The position numbers were made by a program, and so were the translations under genes. A stretch of DNA of 64,000 nucleotides from a bacterium (lineage in GTDB: Bacteria > UBA8248), in contig OZ242260.1 in NCBI GenBank assembly GCA_965207065.1, forward strand, positions 4,160,001 through 4,224,000. Direction: 5' to 3'. The notes beneath the pieces are model-generated. The model had not been told where the DNA came from, did no database searches, and saw only the letters and a list, made by a program, of their open reading frames with translations. Shown here one piece after another: positions 38,628-50,850 of this stretch (positions are counted from its first letter, which is position 1; every line of letters starts with the position of its first letter).

Positions 38628-40552
<1,925 letters not shown>

Positions 40553-40576
40553 ACCCTTCTCCTCACCAAGGGAGAA

Positions 40577-41254
40577 CTATTTCAACACACCCGCCAATAC
40601 GGCCAGCGGAATCGACATGAAGCCGAGAGCAAGAAGGACGCCGCTCCAGGGGCCCAGCCGTTTGAAAATGGGGTTGTAAGAGGGATTGTTGATTCCCAGC
40701 GACTGGAACAGGCTCGTCACGCCGTGGCTAAGGTGAAGCCCCAGAAGAATCATCGAAACCAGATATACACCCGAAACCGCTGTGTTCCTGAATCCGAGAA
40801 TCACCATCCGGTAGACGTCATGGCGGCCCTGGGCGTCATGCAACTGGGCGAACTCGGGGTTCGTGGCGAACAGCGTGAAATGAAGCAGGTGGTAGGCGGC
40901 GAAAGCCAGCACCAGAGCGCCCGTCATGACGATGGAGCGGCCCGCATAGGTGACCATCGTGGCCTCTGAAACGGCGTAGGCCTGCGGCCGGGCCGCCTTG
41001 TTCATGCGCCAAAGACGCAGGGCCGAGCCGATGTGCACAAGGAATACGACCAGCAGGCCGACCCGCGCCACCCACAGCAAAGCGCCCAGGTCCTTCAAGC
41101 CCTTGGCGTAGGCGTTCGTCGCTTCGGGACCTGCGAACATCAGCAGGTTGCCGAGCAGGTGACCGATGATGAACAAGACCAACAAAATCCCGGTGACGGC
41201 CATGGCGACCTTGGCGCCGATGGATGATTGCAGGATTTTCGCAAACCGGCCCAT
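40577..41254 (-). CDS. sdhC: Succinate dehydrogenase cytochrome b subunit
   Basis: KVAMAVTG, GHLLGN, LHLSHG; upstream of sdhA. Confidence 0.93.
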   Translation of the reverse strand: MGRFAKILQSSIGAKVAMAVTGILLVLFIIGHLLGNLLMFAGPEATNAYAKGLKDLGALLWVARVGLLVVFLVHIGSALRLWRMNKAARPQAYAVSEATMVTYAGRSIVMTGALVLAFAAYHLLHFTLFATNPEFAQLHDAQGRHDVYRMVILGFRNTAVSGVYLVSMILLGLHLSHGVTSLFQSLGINNPSYNPIFKRLGPWSGVLLALGFMSIPLAVLAGVLK

Positions 41255-41478
41255 CAAATTGCTCCCCCAAAAGCAAAAAATCTCGAATTCGAGAGGGTTG
41301 ATTCGTCTAATCGGGTGGCAATGTATAGATTCATGCGCGCATGGTCAACCGCATTTCGGAAAATCCTCTTTTTTGGATCGGCGCCCTTTTCACCCCGTGG
41401 ATTATCGGCAATTTTTGCGATATTTTAGTTCGATATCGCCTGATTTTCCGACGACCGACTTCGAGAAGGAATGCCCAG

Positions 41479-42501
41479 ATGCTAAACGGCGACGTCTTCG
41501 TTTTCGACAACGTGGTGCACATGTACGACCTGTCTGATGAGAACCTCGCCCGCCCGGACAGCGGACTCGACCGCCTCTGGCACCTGCGGATCGGCAAGGG
41601 AAGACGCCCCGCGGGACAGGAAGACATTTACGCGGGTGGAGACCCCATCGGCGGGTTCGCCAGGAAATGGTCTTGCGATGAGTTGAGCAAGCTGGTCTTC
41701 GAGGATTCTCAGACCGACATGGCCATGGCGCAGGCCGTCGTGCTCTACGACGTCTACAAGGAGGGCTTCTCCCCCGTTCAGGCGCAATACGAATTCGCAG
41801 AGGCGCATCCGGAGCGCGTCCTTTTCTGCGGCGGGGTGGACCCCAAGTACCCGAGCGTGCAGGGCGCGCTCGAAGAACTGGAGCGACAGGTGACGGAGAT
41901 GGGCGCGCGCTCGATGAAGTTCTACAACGCCCACATCGACGGAAACTCCTGGCGGTGCGACGACCCGGAACTCGCCTATCCGATATACGAGAAAGGCCGC
42001 GCGTTGGGCATCAACGTGTTCCAGTACCACAAGGGGTTTCCCATCACCCGCGCGCGACTCGAAGACCTGACGCCGCTCGACATCCAGCAGGCGGCCATGG
42101 ATTTCCCCGACCTCACCTTCGCCATCCACCACCTGGCGCTGCCCTACTTCGAGGAATGCGTCTACATCGCGGCGCGTTTCGAGAACGTCGTGCTCGTCCT
42201 TTCGGGCACGATGCACCTGCCCCTCGTCGCGCCCTGGCAGTTCAAGGAATACATGGGCAGGCTCTTGCGCGACGTGGGTTCGGAGCGAGTCCTCTGGGGC
42301 TCGGAAGCGCCGCTGCTGGGAAACCCCCAGCCCATGATCGAATGGTTCTGGGAGATGGAGATCGACGAGGAATTACAGGATCGATTCGGCTATCCTCCCA
42401 TCACGGAGCAGGACAAGCGCAACATTCTGGGCGAGAACCAGGCGAGGCTCTTCGGAATCGACGTGGCGGCCAAGAAAAAAGAACTCGGTTTGGTGGCTTG
42501 A
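41479..42501 (+). CDS. Amidohydrolase_2 family protein
   Basis: DNVVH, YHKG, IHHLALP, LWGSE, ILGENQARLFGI. Confidence 0.85.
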   Translation: MLNGDVFVFDNVVHMYDLSDENLARPDSGLDRLWHLRIGKGRRPAGQEDIYAGGDPIGGFARKWSCDELSKLVFEDSQTDMAMAQAVVLYDVYKEGFSPVQAQYEFAEAHPERVLFCGGVDPKYPSVQGALEELERQVTEMGARSMKFYNAHIDGNSWRCDDPELAYPIYEKGRALGINVFQYHKGFPITRARLEDLTPLDIQQAAMDFPDLTFAIHHLALPYFEECVYIAARFENVVLVLSGTMHLPLVAPWQFKEYMGRLLRDVGSERVLWGSEAPLLGNPQPMIEWFWEMEIDEELQDRFGYPPITEQDKRNILGENQARLFGIDVAAKKKELGLVA

Positions 42502-42515
42502 GCACGAAGCGAGTC

Positions 42516-42822
42516 GGGGTTGTTGAAAAAGCTATGATTTCGTGGTTCGGCGTATGCAACCGACCGGAGAGGGAGGAGACAACACTTCCCCCATGTGGAG
42601 TACTCAACAATCACTCCCCACTTGAGGGGTCTGTTGAAAAAACCCGCTCTGCTCGTCCTCCCCCTGCCTTGAAAAGCAACCCCCCCTACCCCCCCTTGTC
42701 AGGGGGGCAAGAAAAAGCAAAGCCCCCTCTGCCCGGCGGGGGCGCAGGGGCCTGTCCGCTACGGTGAACAATTCGATGATCGGGATTCCCTCCCCCATCG
42801 GAAGGGCTTTTTCAACAACCCC
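42516..42822. mobile_element. MITE-like element with perfect 15-bp TIRs and nested repeats
   Basis: GGGGTTGTTGAAAAA (42516-42530) / TTTTTCAACAACCCC (42808-42822); internal third end at 42627; poly-C/G hairpin and GTAG REP inside. Confidence 0.7.
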
Positions 42823-42953
42823 GCGTCGGGCGGCGCGGCGGTCGATTTCACGGGGTTTCGGATTGACCCCCACCGATTTCTGCGCGAGGATGAGCCGGAC
42901 GACAAACAACTATTTCAGACAAATCCGGGCGAATCAGGAATGGAGGATTTTCC

Positions 42954-44084
42954 ATGCAGCCACCCTATGACGGTGAAAAACTCGACCGCCTCATGCAGGA
43001 CGCAGGAGTCGACCTCGTTCTGGCCAACTCGCGCGAGAACGTGCGCTATCTGTGCGGCGGCTATTACTTTCATTTTCACGAGAGGTTCACGTCCATGGGA
43101 CGCGGCCAGTACATGGCGCTGGCGGGCATCCCGCGCGGCGACGCCGGAAAATCGTTCCTGATCGGCGGTGGCGGGGAAATCGGCCAGGCGAAAGACCAGA
43201 ACCTCTGGCTCCCAGAACTCATCCCCTCGGGCAGATTCCCGGCGGAAGCCGCGGCGAACGCCGCGCAAGCCATCTCGGAGCGCGGGCTGGGGAGCGGGAC
43301 CATTGCCGTGGAGGGCAACTTCCTGCCCGCCCTCGCAAAGGATGCGCTCCTGAGCGAACTGCCGAACGCGACGTTCGTGGAGGCGCTGCCGATTCTGGAA
43401 GAGCTTCGCGCCATCAAGACGCCCGAGGAGATCGAACTCTACCGCCGCATCTCCCAGTCGGACGCCGAAGCCATCCGCGATGCGTTCGAGACGGCCGGGC
43501 CCGGCGCCACGACGCGCGACGTCGCCCACGCCGTTGAGCGGGGCATGACGGACAGGGGCCTCCACTTCCTGTGGGTCTTCGCCTGCGCGGGGCCGGGCAT
43601 GCTGCGCGCTCCGTCCGAAAAGGTATGGGAAAAGGGAGAGGTCCTGCACCTGGACGCGGGCGGCTCAAAATCCGACTACCTGACCGACATCTGCCGGATG
43701 GGGGTGCGGGGCGAGCCTACGCCTCTCGCGGATGAACTCTACAAGGCCTGTCTCGGGACGCAGGATTACGTGCGCGCCGAGATCCGCCCGGGCGCGGTGT
43801 GCGGCGACATCTACGAGAAGGGCACGGCGTATCTCCAGAACACCGAGCACGCCGAATACGGCAACTTCATCATCCACGGAATCGGCATGGTCTCGCACGA
43901 GCAGCCCCATTTCGGCCCCGGCGTGGAGAGAGCGCTCGAAGAGGGCATGGTGGTGTCGATAGAGACCGACATCCGCCATCCCGAGGTGGGCTACGTGAAG
44001 GTGGAAGACGCCGTGGCGGTGACGGCGGACGGATACGAGCCCCTGGGCGACCTGGGACGTGAGGACTGGGTGGTCGTCGACTGA
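42954..44084 (+). CDS. M24 (Xaa-Pro peptidase/creatinase-like) hydrolase, copy 1
   Basis: LDAGG, TDICR, HGIG...HE, SIE, VED metal ligands. Confidence 0.9.
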   Translation: MQPPYDGEKLDRLMQDAGVDLVLANSRENVRYLCGGYYFHFHERFTSMGRGQYMALAGIPRGDAGKSFLIGGGGEIGQAKDQNLWLPELIPSGRFPAEAAANAAQAISERGLGSGTIAVEGNFLPALAKDALLSELPNATFVEALPILEELRAIKTPEEIELYRRISQSDAEAIRDAFETAGPGATTRDVAHAVERGMTDRGLHFLWVFACAGPGMLRAPSEKVWEKGEVLHLDAGGSKSDYLTDICRMGVRGEPTPLADELYKACLGTQDYVRAEIRPGAVCGDIYEKGTAYLQNTEHAEYGNFIIHGIGMVSHEQPHFGPGVERALEEGMVVSIETDIRHPEVGYVKVEDAVAVTADGYEPLGDLGREDWVVVD

Positions 44085-45217
44085 TGAAGCCTCTGTACGA
44101 CGAGCAAAAACTCGCCCGCCTGATGGAAGAGGCGGGCGTCGACCTCATACTCGCGCACACGCCCCACAACATACGCTACCTGACGGGCGGCTACTACTTC
44201 CATTTCCGCGAGCGGGTGGCCGCCATCGGGCCGAGCCAGTACCTCCCCTTCGTGGGGATTCCAAGGGAAAATTCCGAAAACGCCTTTCAGGTCGCCTGGC
44301 GCGTCGAGGCGTCGCCCAGAAACGAAGTGGACACCTGGATACCCGACGTCATCTACACGAAGGCGCGGGGCACCGTCGGCGCGGCCGAGACGGCGGCCGA
44401 GGCGACACGGAAACGGGGACTGGAAGCGGGAACCATCGCCGTCGAGCGCGCCTTCCTGCCCGTGGACGCGATGGAAGCGCTTGGGCGCGAGCTACCCGGC
44501 GCAAGATTCGTCGATTCCCTCTCCATTATGGAAGAACTTCGGGCCGTGAAAAGAGCGGATGAACTGGAGATATTCCGGCGCGCGGCGCTTGCGGATTCAG
44601 AAGCCATACAGGCCGGATTCCAGGAGGGCGCGCGCGGCGTAACGACCCGGCGGATCGAGCGAAGGGTGGAAGAAGAAATGGTGCAGCGCGGTCTTCATTT
44701 CCACTACGCCTTCACGGCGGCGGGACCCGAGATGCGGCGCGAGCCTTCCGATAAATTCTGGGAGAGAGGAGAAATCCTCCACATCGACGCGGGCGGATCG
44801 GAGGCGGGCTATATGTCCGACATCTGTAGGATGGGGGTGCGGGGCGAACCCTCCGCTTTGGCCGAGGAGTTGAGACAAGCCTGTCTCCACGCGGTCGACG
44901 CCTGCCGGGACGCCATACGCGCCGGGGCGAGCTGCGCTTCGGCCCACGAGCGGGGACACCGGGCGTTCGCGGACACCGGCTTCGCCGACTCAGGGATTTT
45001 CGAGGTGCACGGCATCGGCATGGTGCAGCAGGAGTTGCCGCGCTTCGGCCCCGAGGTGGAGCGAACGCTGGAGGCGGGCATGGTGGTGTCGGTGGAGTGC
45101 GACATCCGCCACGAGGAAGTCGGCCACGTGAAGATTGAAGACGCCGTCGCCGTCACCGAAGACGGCTGCGAGGGCCTGGGGGACCTGGGCAGGGATTCCT
45201 GGGCCCGCATCGACTGA
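44084..45217 (+). CDS. M24 family hydrolase, copy 2
   Basis: IDAGG, SDICR, HGIG, SVE, IED; TGATG-coupled paralog. Confidence 0.9.
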   Translation: MKPLYDEQKLARLMEEAGVDLILAHTPHNIRYLTGGYYFHFRERVAAIGPSQYLPFVGIPRENSENAFQVAWRVEASPRNEVDTWIPDVIYTKARGTVGAAETAAEATRKRGLEAGTIAVERAFLPVDAMEALGRELPGARFVDSLSIMEELRAVKRADELEIFRRAALADSEAIQAGFQEGARGVTTRRIERRVEEEMVQRGLHFHYAFTAAGPEMRREPSDKFWERGEILHIDAGGSEAGYMSDICRMGVRGEPSALAEELRQACLHAVDACRDAIRAGASCASAHERGHRAFADTGFADSGIFEVHGIGMVQQELPRFGPEVERTLEAGMVVSVECDIRHEEVGHVKIEDAVAVTEDGCEGLGDLGRDSWARID

Positions 45218-45253
45218 TAATTATCGACTCATAGAAACGGAGGAGAAATTCAC

Positions 45254-45838
45254 ATGCCGAGACCATCCGGGGGCTTCATGCGGCTTCAGCACGCCGCCGT
45301 TAAGGTGCACGACATCGAGGCGGCCAAGGATTTTTACGTGAACACGCTGGGCTTCACCATCACCGAGATATACGAGCCGGGCACGGTGGGCGATTTCCCC
45401 TTCGGACTTTGCTTCATGCGGTGCACGGAGCTTCACCACGACATGAACCTCATCTTCTGGCCCGAGGGCGAAGGCCCCGCCCCGCCCGAGGGGCGTTCTT
45501 TCGACACTCTCCAAACGGGTCTGCACCATATAGCGTTCGAGGTGGAAGACCGCACGCAGTTGGATAGCTGGGCGTCTTATCTGGAAGAGAAGGGAATCGA
45601 AATCTTCTGGGGACCCTCCATCCACAGCCCCACGCACCCGGAGGGGGACGGCTTCTGGGGCGAAAACCACGCGCTCTACATCGCCGACCCGTCTGGCAAC
45701 TGCATCGAGATATTCTGCGACATGGCCGTTATGGACCCTTATACGAACCGGGTGAACGAGGACTGGTTCCGGGACCGTCTCTCCCGAGACGGACACCCGC
45801 GCAACGCGGCGGCTCCGCCCGAAGCCTGGAAGGCGTGA
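45254..45838 (+). CDS. VOC family protein (glyoxalase/extradiol dioxygenase-like)
   Basis: LQHAA, HHD, GLHHIAFEV, YIADPSGNCIE. Confidence 0.87.
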   Translation: MPRPSGGFMRLQHAAVKVHDIEAAKDFYVNTLGFTITEIYEPGTVGDFPFGLCFMRCTELHHDMNLIFWPEGEGPAPPEGRSFDTLQTGLHHIAFEVEDRTQLDSWASYLEEKGIEIFWGPSIHSPTHPEGDGFWGENHALYIADPSGNCIEIFCDMAVMDPYTNRVNEDWFRDRLSRDGHPRNAAAPPEAWKA

Positions 45839-45857
45839 GAGAGGGGGGAGTCTCTCT

Positions 45858-46443
45858 GTAGGGACTGCCCTCCGCGCCTTACCACCACGGATCCGGGCGG
45901 ACACGCCGGTCGCTCCTACGAACTCATTCTTCCATCCGTCAAGCGACGCAAAATATATGAGGTGGTTAAAAAGCCCCCCTGACAGGGTAAAGGCAACCTC
46001 TTTGAATGGGAAACCCCATAAAACCAACCCCCCCTACCCCCCCTTAACAGGGGGGTATAAAAAGGCGATGTCCCCCAGCCGGGATGCGTCCCCGCCGGGT
46101 AGAGGGGGCTTTGCTTTTTCTTGCCCCCCTGACAAGGGGGGGTAGGGGGGGGTGCTTCTGACGAGGAGAGTTGGGGGTTCGTGCGGAAGCGGCCTTCCCG
46201 CTAGAGGCGATGTCCCCCGATAAGGACTATTTTAACGGACCCGACAAGGGGGGGTGGGGGGTTCGGAGGGAATTATGCTTCACTCGCCCCGCTCGCCCTC
46301 CCCCGGCTTGAAAAGCAACCCCCCTGTATCCCCCCTTGTCAGGGGGGTAGAGGCGACGCCTCCCGACAAGGGAAGTAAAGTTTCATCCCTCCCTGGTCGG
46401 CTTCATACTTGGAATCACGAAATCGGGGGTTTTCAACAGCGCC
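45858..46443. repeat. Composite intergenic repeat cluster (GTAG REP doublet, poly-G/C hairpins, MITE-like ends)
   Basis: REP pair 45858-45919; CCCCCCTACCCCCCCTT..AGGGGGG units; 46091-46152 is an inverted copy of ~42680-42741; TTTTCAACAGC at 46430-46440. Confidence 0.75.
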
Positions 46444-46658
46444 ACGTACGTCCCCTGCTCTTATGAACCGGCGGCGAGAAACTCATTGCTCTGCTTCGCC
46501 GGCCACTATGAACGCAGGGTGGCGAGGCCATCCGCCTCGCCGATCCGCCGCCGGGCGGTGCGGTTGCCTCCCGCGCTTTCTTGGCTATAGGATGCCCGCA
46601 CCAGACATAAACCGCGCGCCGCTCCATCCGGCCGGCGCAACCTAATCGGAGACAAGAC

Positions 46659-47585
46659 ATGAAAGAAGGCATGAGGCCCGGAGACCGCCTGCCCTATTCG
46701 GCCATCGTCGATCGCAAACCCCTCAAACTTCCCGAAGGCGCGCGCCTGGTGCTCTGGCCCGTCCTGGCGCTGGAAGTGTGGGACATCGTCCGGCCGATGG
46801 CGCGCATGGTGATACCCCCGCCCCAGGGGGTGCCGATGCTCCCCGATCATCCCAACTGGAGCTGGCACGAGTACGGCATGCGGGTCGGCGTGTGGCGCAT
46901 CAAACGCATGCTCGACGATCTGGGCGTGCGCCCGACGGTGACGCTGAACGCCCGCACCTGCCTGGAATACCCGCGCGTCTCCGAGGCCTGCCTGGAAGCG
47001 GGCTGGGAATTCAACGCCCATTCCTACGAGCAGGTGCCGATGCACAAGCTCGACGACGAGCGCGAGACGATTGAGCGGTGCATGGGCATCATCACGGAAT
47101 TCTGCGGCAAAAGGCCGCGCGGCTGGTTCGGACCGGGGCTGACCCAGACCTACCGGACACTGGATTTCCTCGCCGAGGCGGGTGTTGAATACATCGGCGA
47201 CTGGGTGCTCGACGACCAGCCGGTGCACGTGAAGACGACGGTCGGCAAATCGGTGGTGGCGCTGCCCTACAACTACGAACTCCACGACATCGTGAGCATG
47301 GCGATCCAGTACCACGAGTCCCGGGTCTTCCGCGACCGGGCGATTGACTACTTCGAGACCGTCTATGCCGAAAGCCACGAATCCACCAAGGTGATGTCCA
47401 TCGCCATGCATCCTTACCTCTCGGGTTCGCCGCACCGGATCAAATACGTGCGCGAGACCTTCGAGCATATCCTCTCGAAACCGGGGGTGGTGTGCTGGGA
47501 CGGCGAGCAAATACTCGACTGGTTCCTGAAGGAGCGCCCGGCGCCGAAGCCCCGAAAACGCCGTGCGAAAAGGAAAAAGGCCTGA
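46659..47585 (+). CDS. Polysaccharide deacetylase family (PuuE-like)
   Basis: WHEYGMRVGVWRI, PRGWFGPG, DDQP, MHPYLSG.PHR. Confidence 0.87.
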   Translation: MKEGMRPGDRLPYSAIVDRKPLKLPEGARLVLWPVLALEVWDIVRPMARMVIPPPQGVPMLPDHPNWSWHEYGMRVGVWRIKRMLDDLGVRPTVTLNARTCLEYPRVSEACLEAGWEFNAHSYEQVPMHKLDDERETIERCMGIITEFCGKRPRGWFGPGLTQTYRTLDFLAEAGVEYIGDWVLDDQPVHVKTTVGKSVVALPYNYELHDIVSMAIQYHESRVFRDRAIDYFETVYAESHESTKVMSIAMHPYLSGSPHRIKYVRETFEHILSKPGVVCWDGEQILDWFLKERPAPKPRKRRAKRKKA

Positions 47586-47616
47586 TACGGAATGACGACA
47601 TAAACCGCATTCACTT

Positions 47617-47762
47617 GTAGGGGCGGCCCCCCGTGGCCGCCCGAATCGGATATGTCCATCCCCGTGGCAGCGCTTCGAAGGGACAGGCGCGGAGGCATCG
47701 AACTGGTCACAGCCTCGGACAGGCACAGGGGCCTCGGACAGGCGCAGGGGCCTGTCCGCTAC
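47617..47762. repeat. GTAG-type REP cluster between convergent genes
   Basis: GTAGGGGCGGCCCCCCGTGGCCGCCC plus repeated GGACAGGC.CAGGGGCCT units ending CTAC. Confidence 0.7.
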
Positions 47763-47854
47763 GGTCTCAAGGGCAATGGTTCGGCGCGACTCACAAGACG
47801 ACATCGAAGAAGGTTTGCAACCCGGCATACGCTGCGGGGTGGAGCCGACAGCTT

Positions 47855-48295
47855 CTAGCGCTGGTATTTGATGAACGGGGTGAGATTCGCCACGCGGTCA
47901 TAGAGCACGCGGGCCGTCTCGTTGAAATCCTGCGTGAGCCAGTAGACCGACGGCGCCCCCCTCTCATCGGCCGCCCCGTAGACCGCTTCGATCAGGGCGC
48001 GGCCCATGCCCGTGCCACGAAAGGCGGGATCTGTGTAGAGATCCTGGAGATAGCAGACGTCTTCAATCCGCCAGTTGTGGGGGTGAAATATGTAGTGAAC
48101 CAGCCCCGCCGCCTGCCCGTTGGTGAGCGCGATGAGTCCGTTCTGCTCGGGTCGGGCCGGATCCAGAAGACGGGCGAAGGTGGACCGGTAGACCTCTTCG
48201 GATACGCTGGACTCGTAGAATTCCAGATAGGCGGTCCACAGGCGCCGCCAATCGGATTCGTCTTCGGCGATCAAGGGTCGAATGGTCAGTGACAT
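47855..48295 (-). CDS. GNAT family N-acetyltransferase
   Basis: CYLQDLY, RGTGMGRALI, YWLTQ, ARVLYD. Confidence 0.92.
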   Translation of the reverse strand: MSLTIRPLIAEDESDWRRLWTAYLEFYESSVSEEVYRSTFARLLDPARPEQNGLIALTNGQAAGLVHYIFHPHNWRIEDVCYLQDLYTDPAFRGTGMGRALIEAVYGAADERGAPSVYWLTQDFNETARVLYDRVANLTPFIKYQR

Positions 48296-48600
48296 GAAAA
48301 CCTCTCGTTCTGGTTCCGGATAGATAACGGCAGGGAATTGTACGTCCGGGGCGCTGCCAGTCAAGCCGATTCTTGAAGGATCGTCCGCTCCGGGGCGTGC
48401 GCGTCCAAGCGTAACGAGTTCGGCGATTCGGGAGCGGCCGCCGCCGGCAAGGCGCATCTCCCCCGCAATTGCCGTCCGCGCGGATTCGGGGGATTCCGGT
48501 AAAATTCCGGAGCCGAGCGCTTCGCTCAAGGATATGGAACCCTCCCTCCCCGGTCGGGTCAAACGCTCGCTCATCGCTCGCGTTTAATTTCCGAAAAATT

Positions 48601-48650
48601 CGATAAATTCAGATAAATTCACGGGGTTTTTCGATAAATTTCCATAAATT
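48601..48650. repeat. AT-rich GATAAATT tandem-motif element, copy 1
   Basis: Four (G/C)ATAAATT motifs; 48611-48640 identical to reverse complement of 62742-62771. Confidence 0.8.
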
Positions 48651-48915
48651 TTCGAGGGGAAATGCGGGGATTTGCGGGGCCCGAATGCGCGCGCGATAAC
48701 CAGTTCCGACGGCCGTATTCCGCCGCCGTATCGCAGCGCAGGGGAATTCTGCCACGGCCCGCGCTCCACGCGATGACGGCAAATGCGGGGAGTTGCGGGG
48801 GTGAAATTCCTCCGGGCGCACTTCGCACAGGCGCAAGGACCTGATGGAACGGGGGTTTCCCAGGAGAGACGGGCATCGTACATCGCTTCAGCTATGAGAC
48901 ATAACCAATTGATAT

Positions 48916-49812
48916 TTAATTTGTTATTCCCGAAGACGGGACGTTGATGGAGCTCAGCAGCGCGTGCACCGCTCCGTTCAGCGGCGTGGGAATGCCGTGC
49001 CTGGCGCCGATGCGAACGACCGCCCCCGTCATGACGTCCGCCTCGACCCGGCGGCCTGCGCGCCTGTCGACGAGCATGGAGGTGGTCGCCTCGGGGTCGG
49101 CGTCTCGTAAGCGCTCGATGGTTCGCTCGGCGACGTCATCCGCCAGCTTCGCGCCTTCCGCTCTCCCCACGGCGGCGCATTCGCGCACGAGTCCGCGGCA
49201 GAGTTCGGCGACAGCCGGCTCAAGCAGCACCCCCCTGCCCTTGTCCGTCAGCGCTGTGGCGGGGCCTGCGCCCACGTTGTTGCACAATTTCGCCCAGGAG
49301 GCGGTCGTGAAATCGGAAGTCGGCTTCACCGGAACATCCGTATCCTCATAAAGAGACGCAAGAAATCGCGCGCCCGGACCGTCTTCGGGAACGAGCTGGG
49401 CGCCTCCCTGCTGCGCCACATGGCCGGGAGCCAGCCTGTCCGCCGGACAATTCACCACGACCGGAACGACCTCCGCCCCCCTGGCGTACGGCTCCACTCG
49501 TTCTCTGTGCTCCACGCCATTCTGCAAAACGGTGATGATGGTATCCTCACCTACGAGAACTTCCAGCCAATCTGTAACATCTTGTATCTGGTGCCCTTTC
49601 ACCGCCAGGAGAACACAATCGACCGACCCTGCCTCCGAGGGAGAGGTGACGCACTTCACCGGCGATTCGATGACGGAGTCGGGCGTTTCCACAATCAGCT
49701 TGTCGATGGGTTGTCGCACACAGAACATCACGTCGTGCCTGCCTGACCGGCATAACCGAACCCCGAACACGCCCCCGATGGCGCCGACCCCCAACACGGC
49801 TACATTGCTCAT
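48916..49812 (-). CDS. Ketopantoate reductase (PanE/ApbA) family
   Basis: GVGAIG, LAVK, LQNGVE, WAKL, SMLVD, GIPTP. Confidence 0.9.
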   Translation of the reverse strand: MSNVAVLGVGAIGGVFGVRLCRSGRHDVMFCVRQPIDKLIVETPDSVIESPVKCVTSPSEAGSVDCVLLAVKGHQIQDVTDWLEVLVGEDTIITVLQNGVEHRERVEPYARGAEVVPVVVNCPADRLAPGHVAQQGGAQLVPEDGPGARFLASLYEDTDVPVKPTSDFTTASWAKLCNNVGAGPATALTDKGRGVLLEPAVAELCRGLVRECAAVGRAEGAKLADDVAERTIERLRDADPEATTSMLVDRRAGRRVEADVMTGAVVRIGARHGIPTPLNGAVHALLSSINVPSSGITN

Positions 49813-49831
49813 CAACAAAGCTCCCAGAAAT

Positions 49832-50758
49832 TCATACCGGTACCGGGCGGCCCTTCCATGACGCTACGGATTCCAAGACGCACACAACGCCGGCCAGAGA
49901 ATCCCAGCCCGAGGTGTGTCCTATCTTATTCAGCGCGCGCAAAACGGAACGCAAACGCGCCTCATCCGCCACCCCCATCGCCGAAATCGTTTCATGCAGG
50001 GCCTGCGCTCCCTGTCCTCTGGCCGCGCACTCCATATGCGCGCAACTGATTCTATTCGTCCGATCCTTGGCCTGACTCAATACGGCGCCCGCAATTTTTC
50101 TCGATATTTCAAAATGCCCCAGCGCGTGCAACGCTATCATCACACCACACCAAAAATCATCTCCCGATGGTGTGAGTCCCGGACCTAGACCAACCAGCTG
50201 GAGAGCGTTGGCAGGGAAATCAAGGTTTCCCCCCTGATTCAGAGAGTGTGACAGCCAATTCCGGAAATCCGTGATTCCCTTCCAGGAAATTGTTTGAAAT
50301 GCGTCCTCATTTGAGTTTTCCTCGCCACTCACAATGTGCTCAATGAGCGGGGCCAATCCCTCCCGAGGACCCGTTTCGGCTATATATTCAATGAGAAACG
50401 GGAGGTTTTGCTGAAAAACCTTCAAATCCCAGCCAATCGGGAGTGGCTCAGGCTCCCAATCCATCGGACTGGATATATCGATTTTCATCCGGGGGCCGAG
50501 TTGTATCCAAGCATCTCGAATCTCGGCAAGGCTCCCCGGTTCCACGATTCGCGTGAAATCCACGTCGTCCGAGAATTCGCAAAGCGCATTCAAGGGTCCC
50601 GGCCCGATACCCTGTTCTCCGATGCATGCGATCCGGCCAGATGAATTTTCCAGATACATACATCTGCGAAACACACCGATGACCTTTGCTTCATCCGGTG
50701 CGTCAAGGAACTCTCTGGCGAATACGCCCACAAGATTGATTTTGGAGATAAAATGCAT
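49832..50758 (-). CDS. DUF2877 (YahE/YlbF-like) protein; start uncertain
   Basis: LVGLGPGLTPSGDDF and IGHTSGWD motifs. Confidence 0.8.
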   Translation of the reverse strand: MHFISKINLVGVFAREFLDAPDEAKVIGVFRRCMYLENSSGRIACIGEQGIGPGPLNALCEFSDDVDFTRIVEPGSLAEIRDAWIQLGPRMKIDISSPMDWEPEPLPIGWDLKVFQQNLPFLIEYIAETGPREGLAPLIEHIVSGEENSNEDAFQTISWKGITDFRNWLSHSLNQGGNLDFPANALQLVGLGPGLTPSGDDFWCGVMIALHALGHFEISRKIAGAVLSQAKDRTNRISCAHMECAARGQGAQALHETISAMGVADEARLRSVLRALNKIGHTSGWDSLAGVVCVLESVASWKGRPVPV

Positions 50759-50850
50759 ATATCTGACCCGCATTATGAAATGACCAATTGACTTCACAAA
50801 GAAATCCCCTCACCCACGAATGGACGAGGGGATATTCACATGCGCAATGC

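Noticed and set aside
45858-46443. CRISPR array
   Set aside because: Repeats are irregularly spaced, in mixed orientation, without unique equal-length spacers; no cas genes
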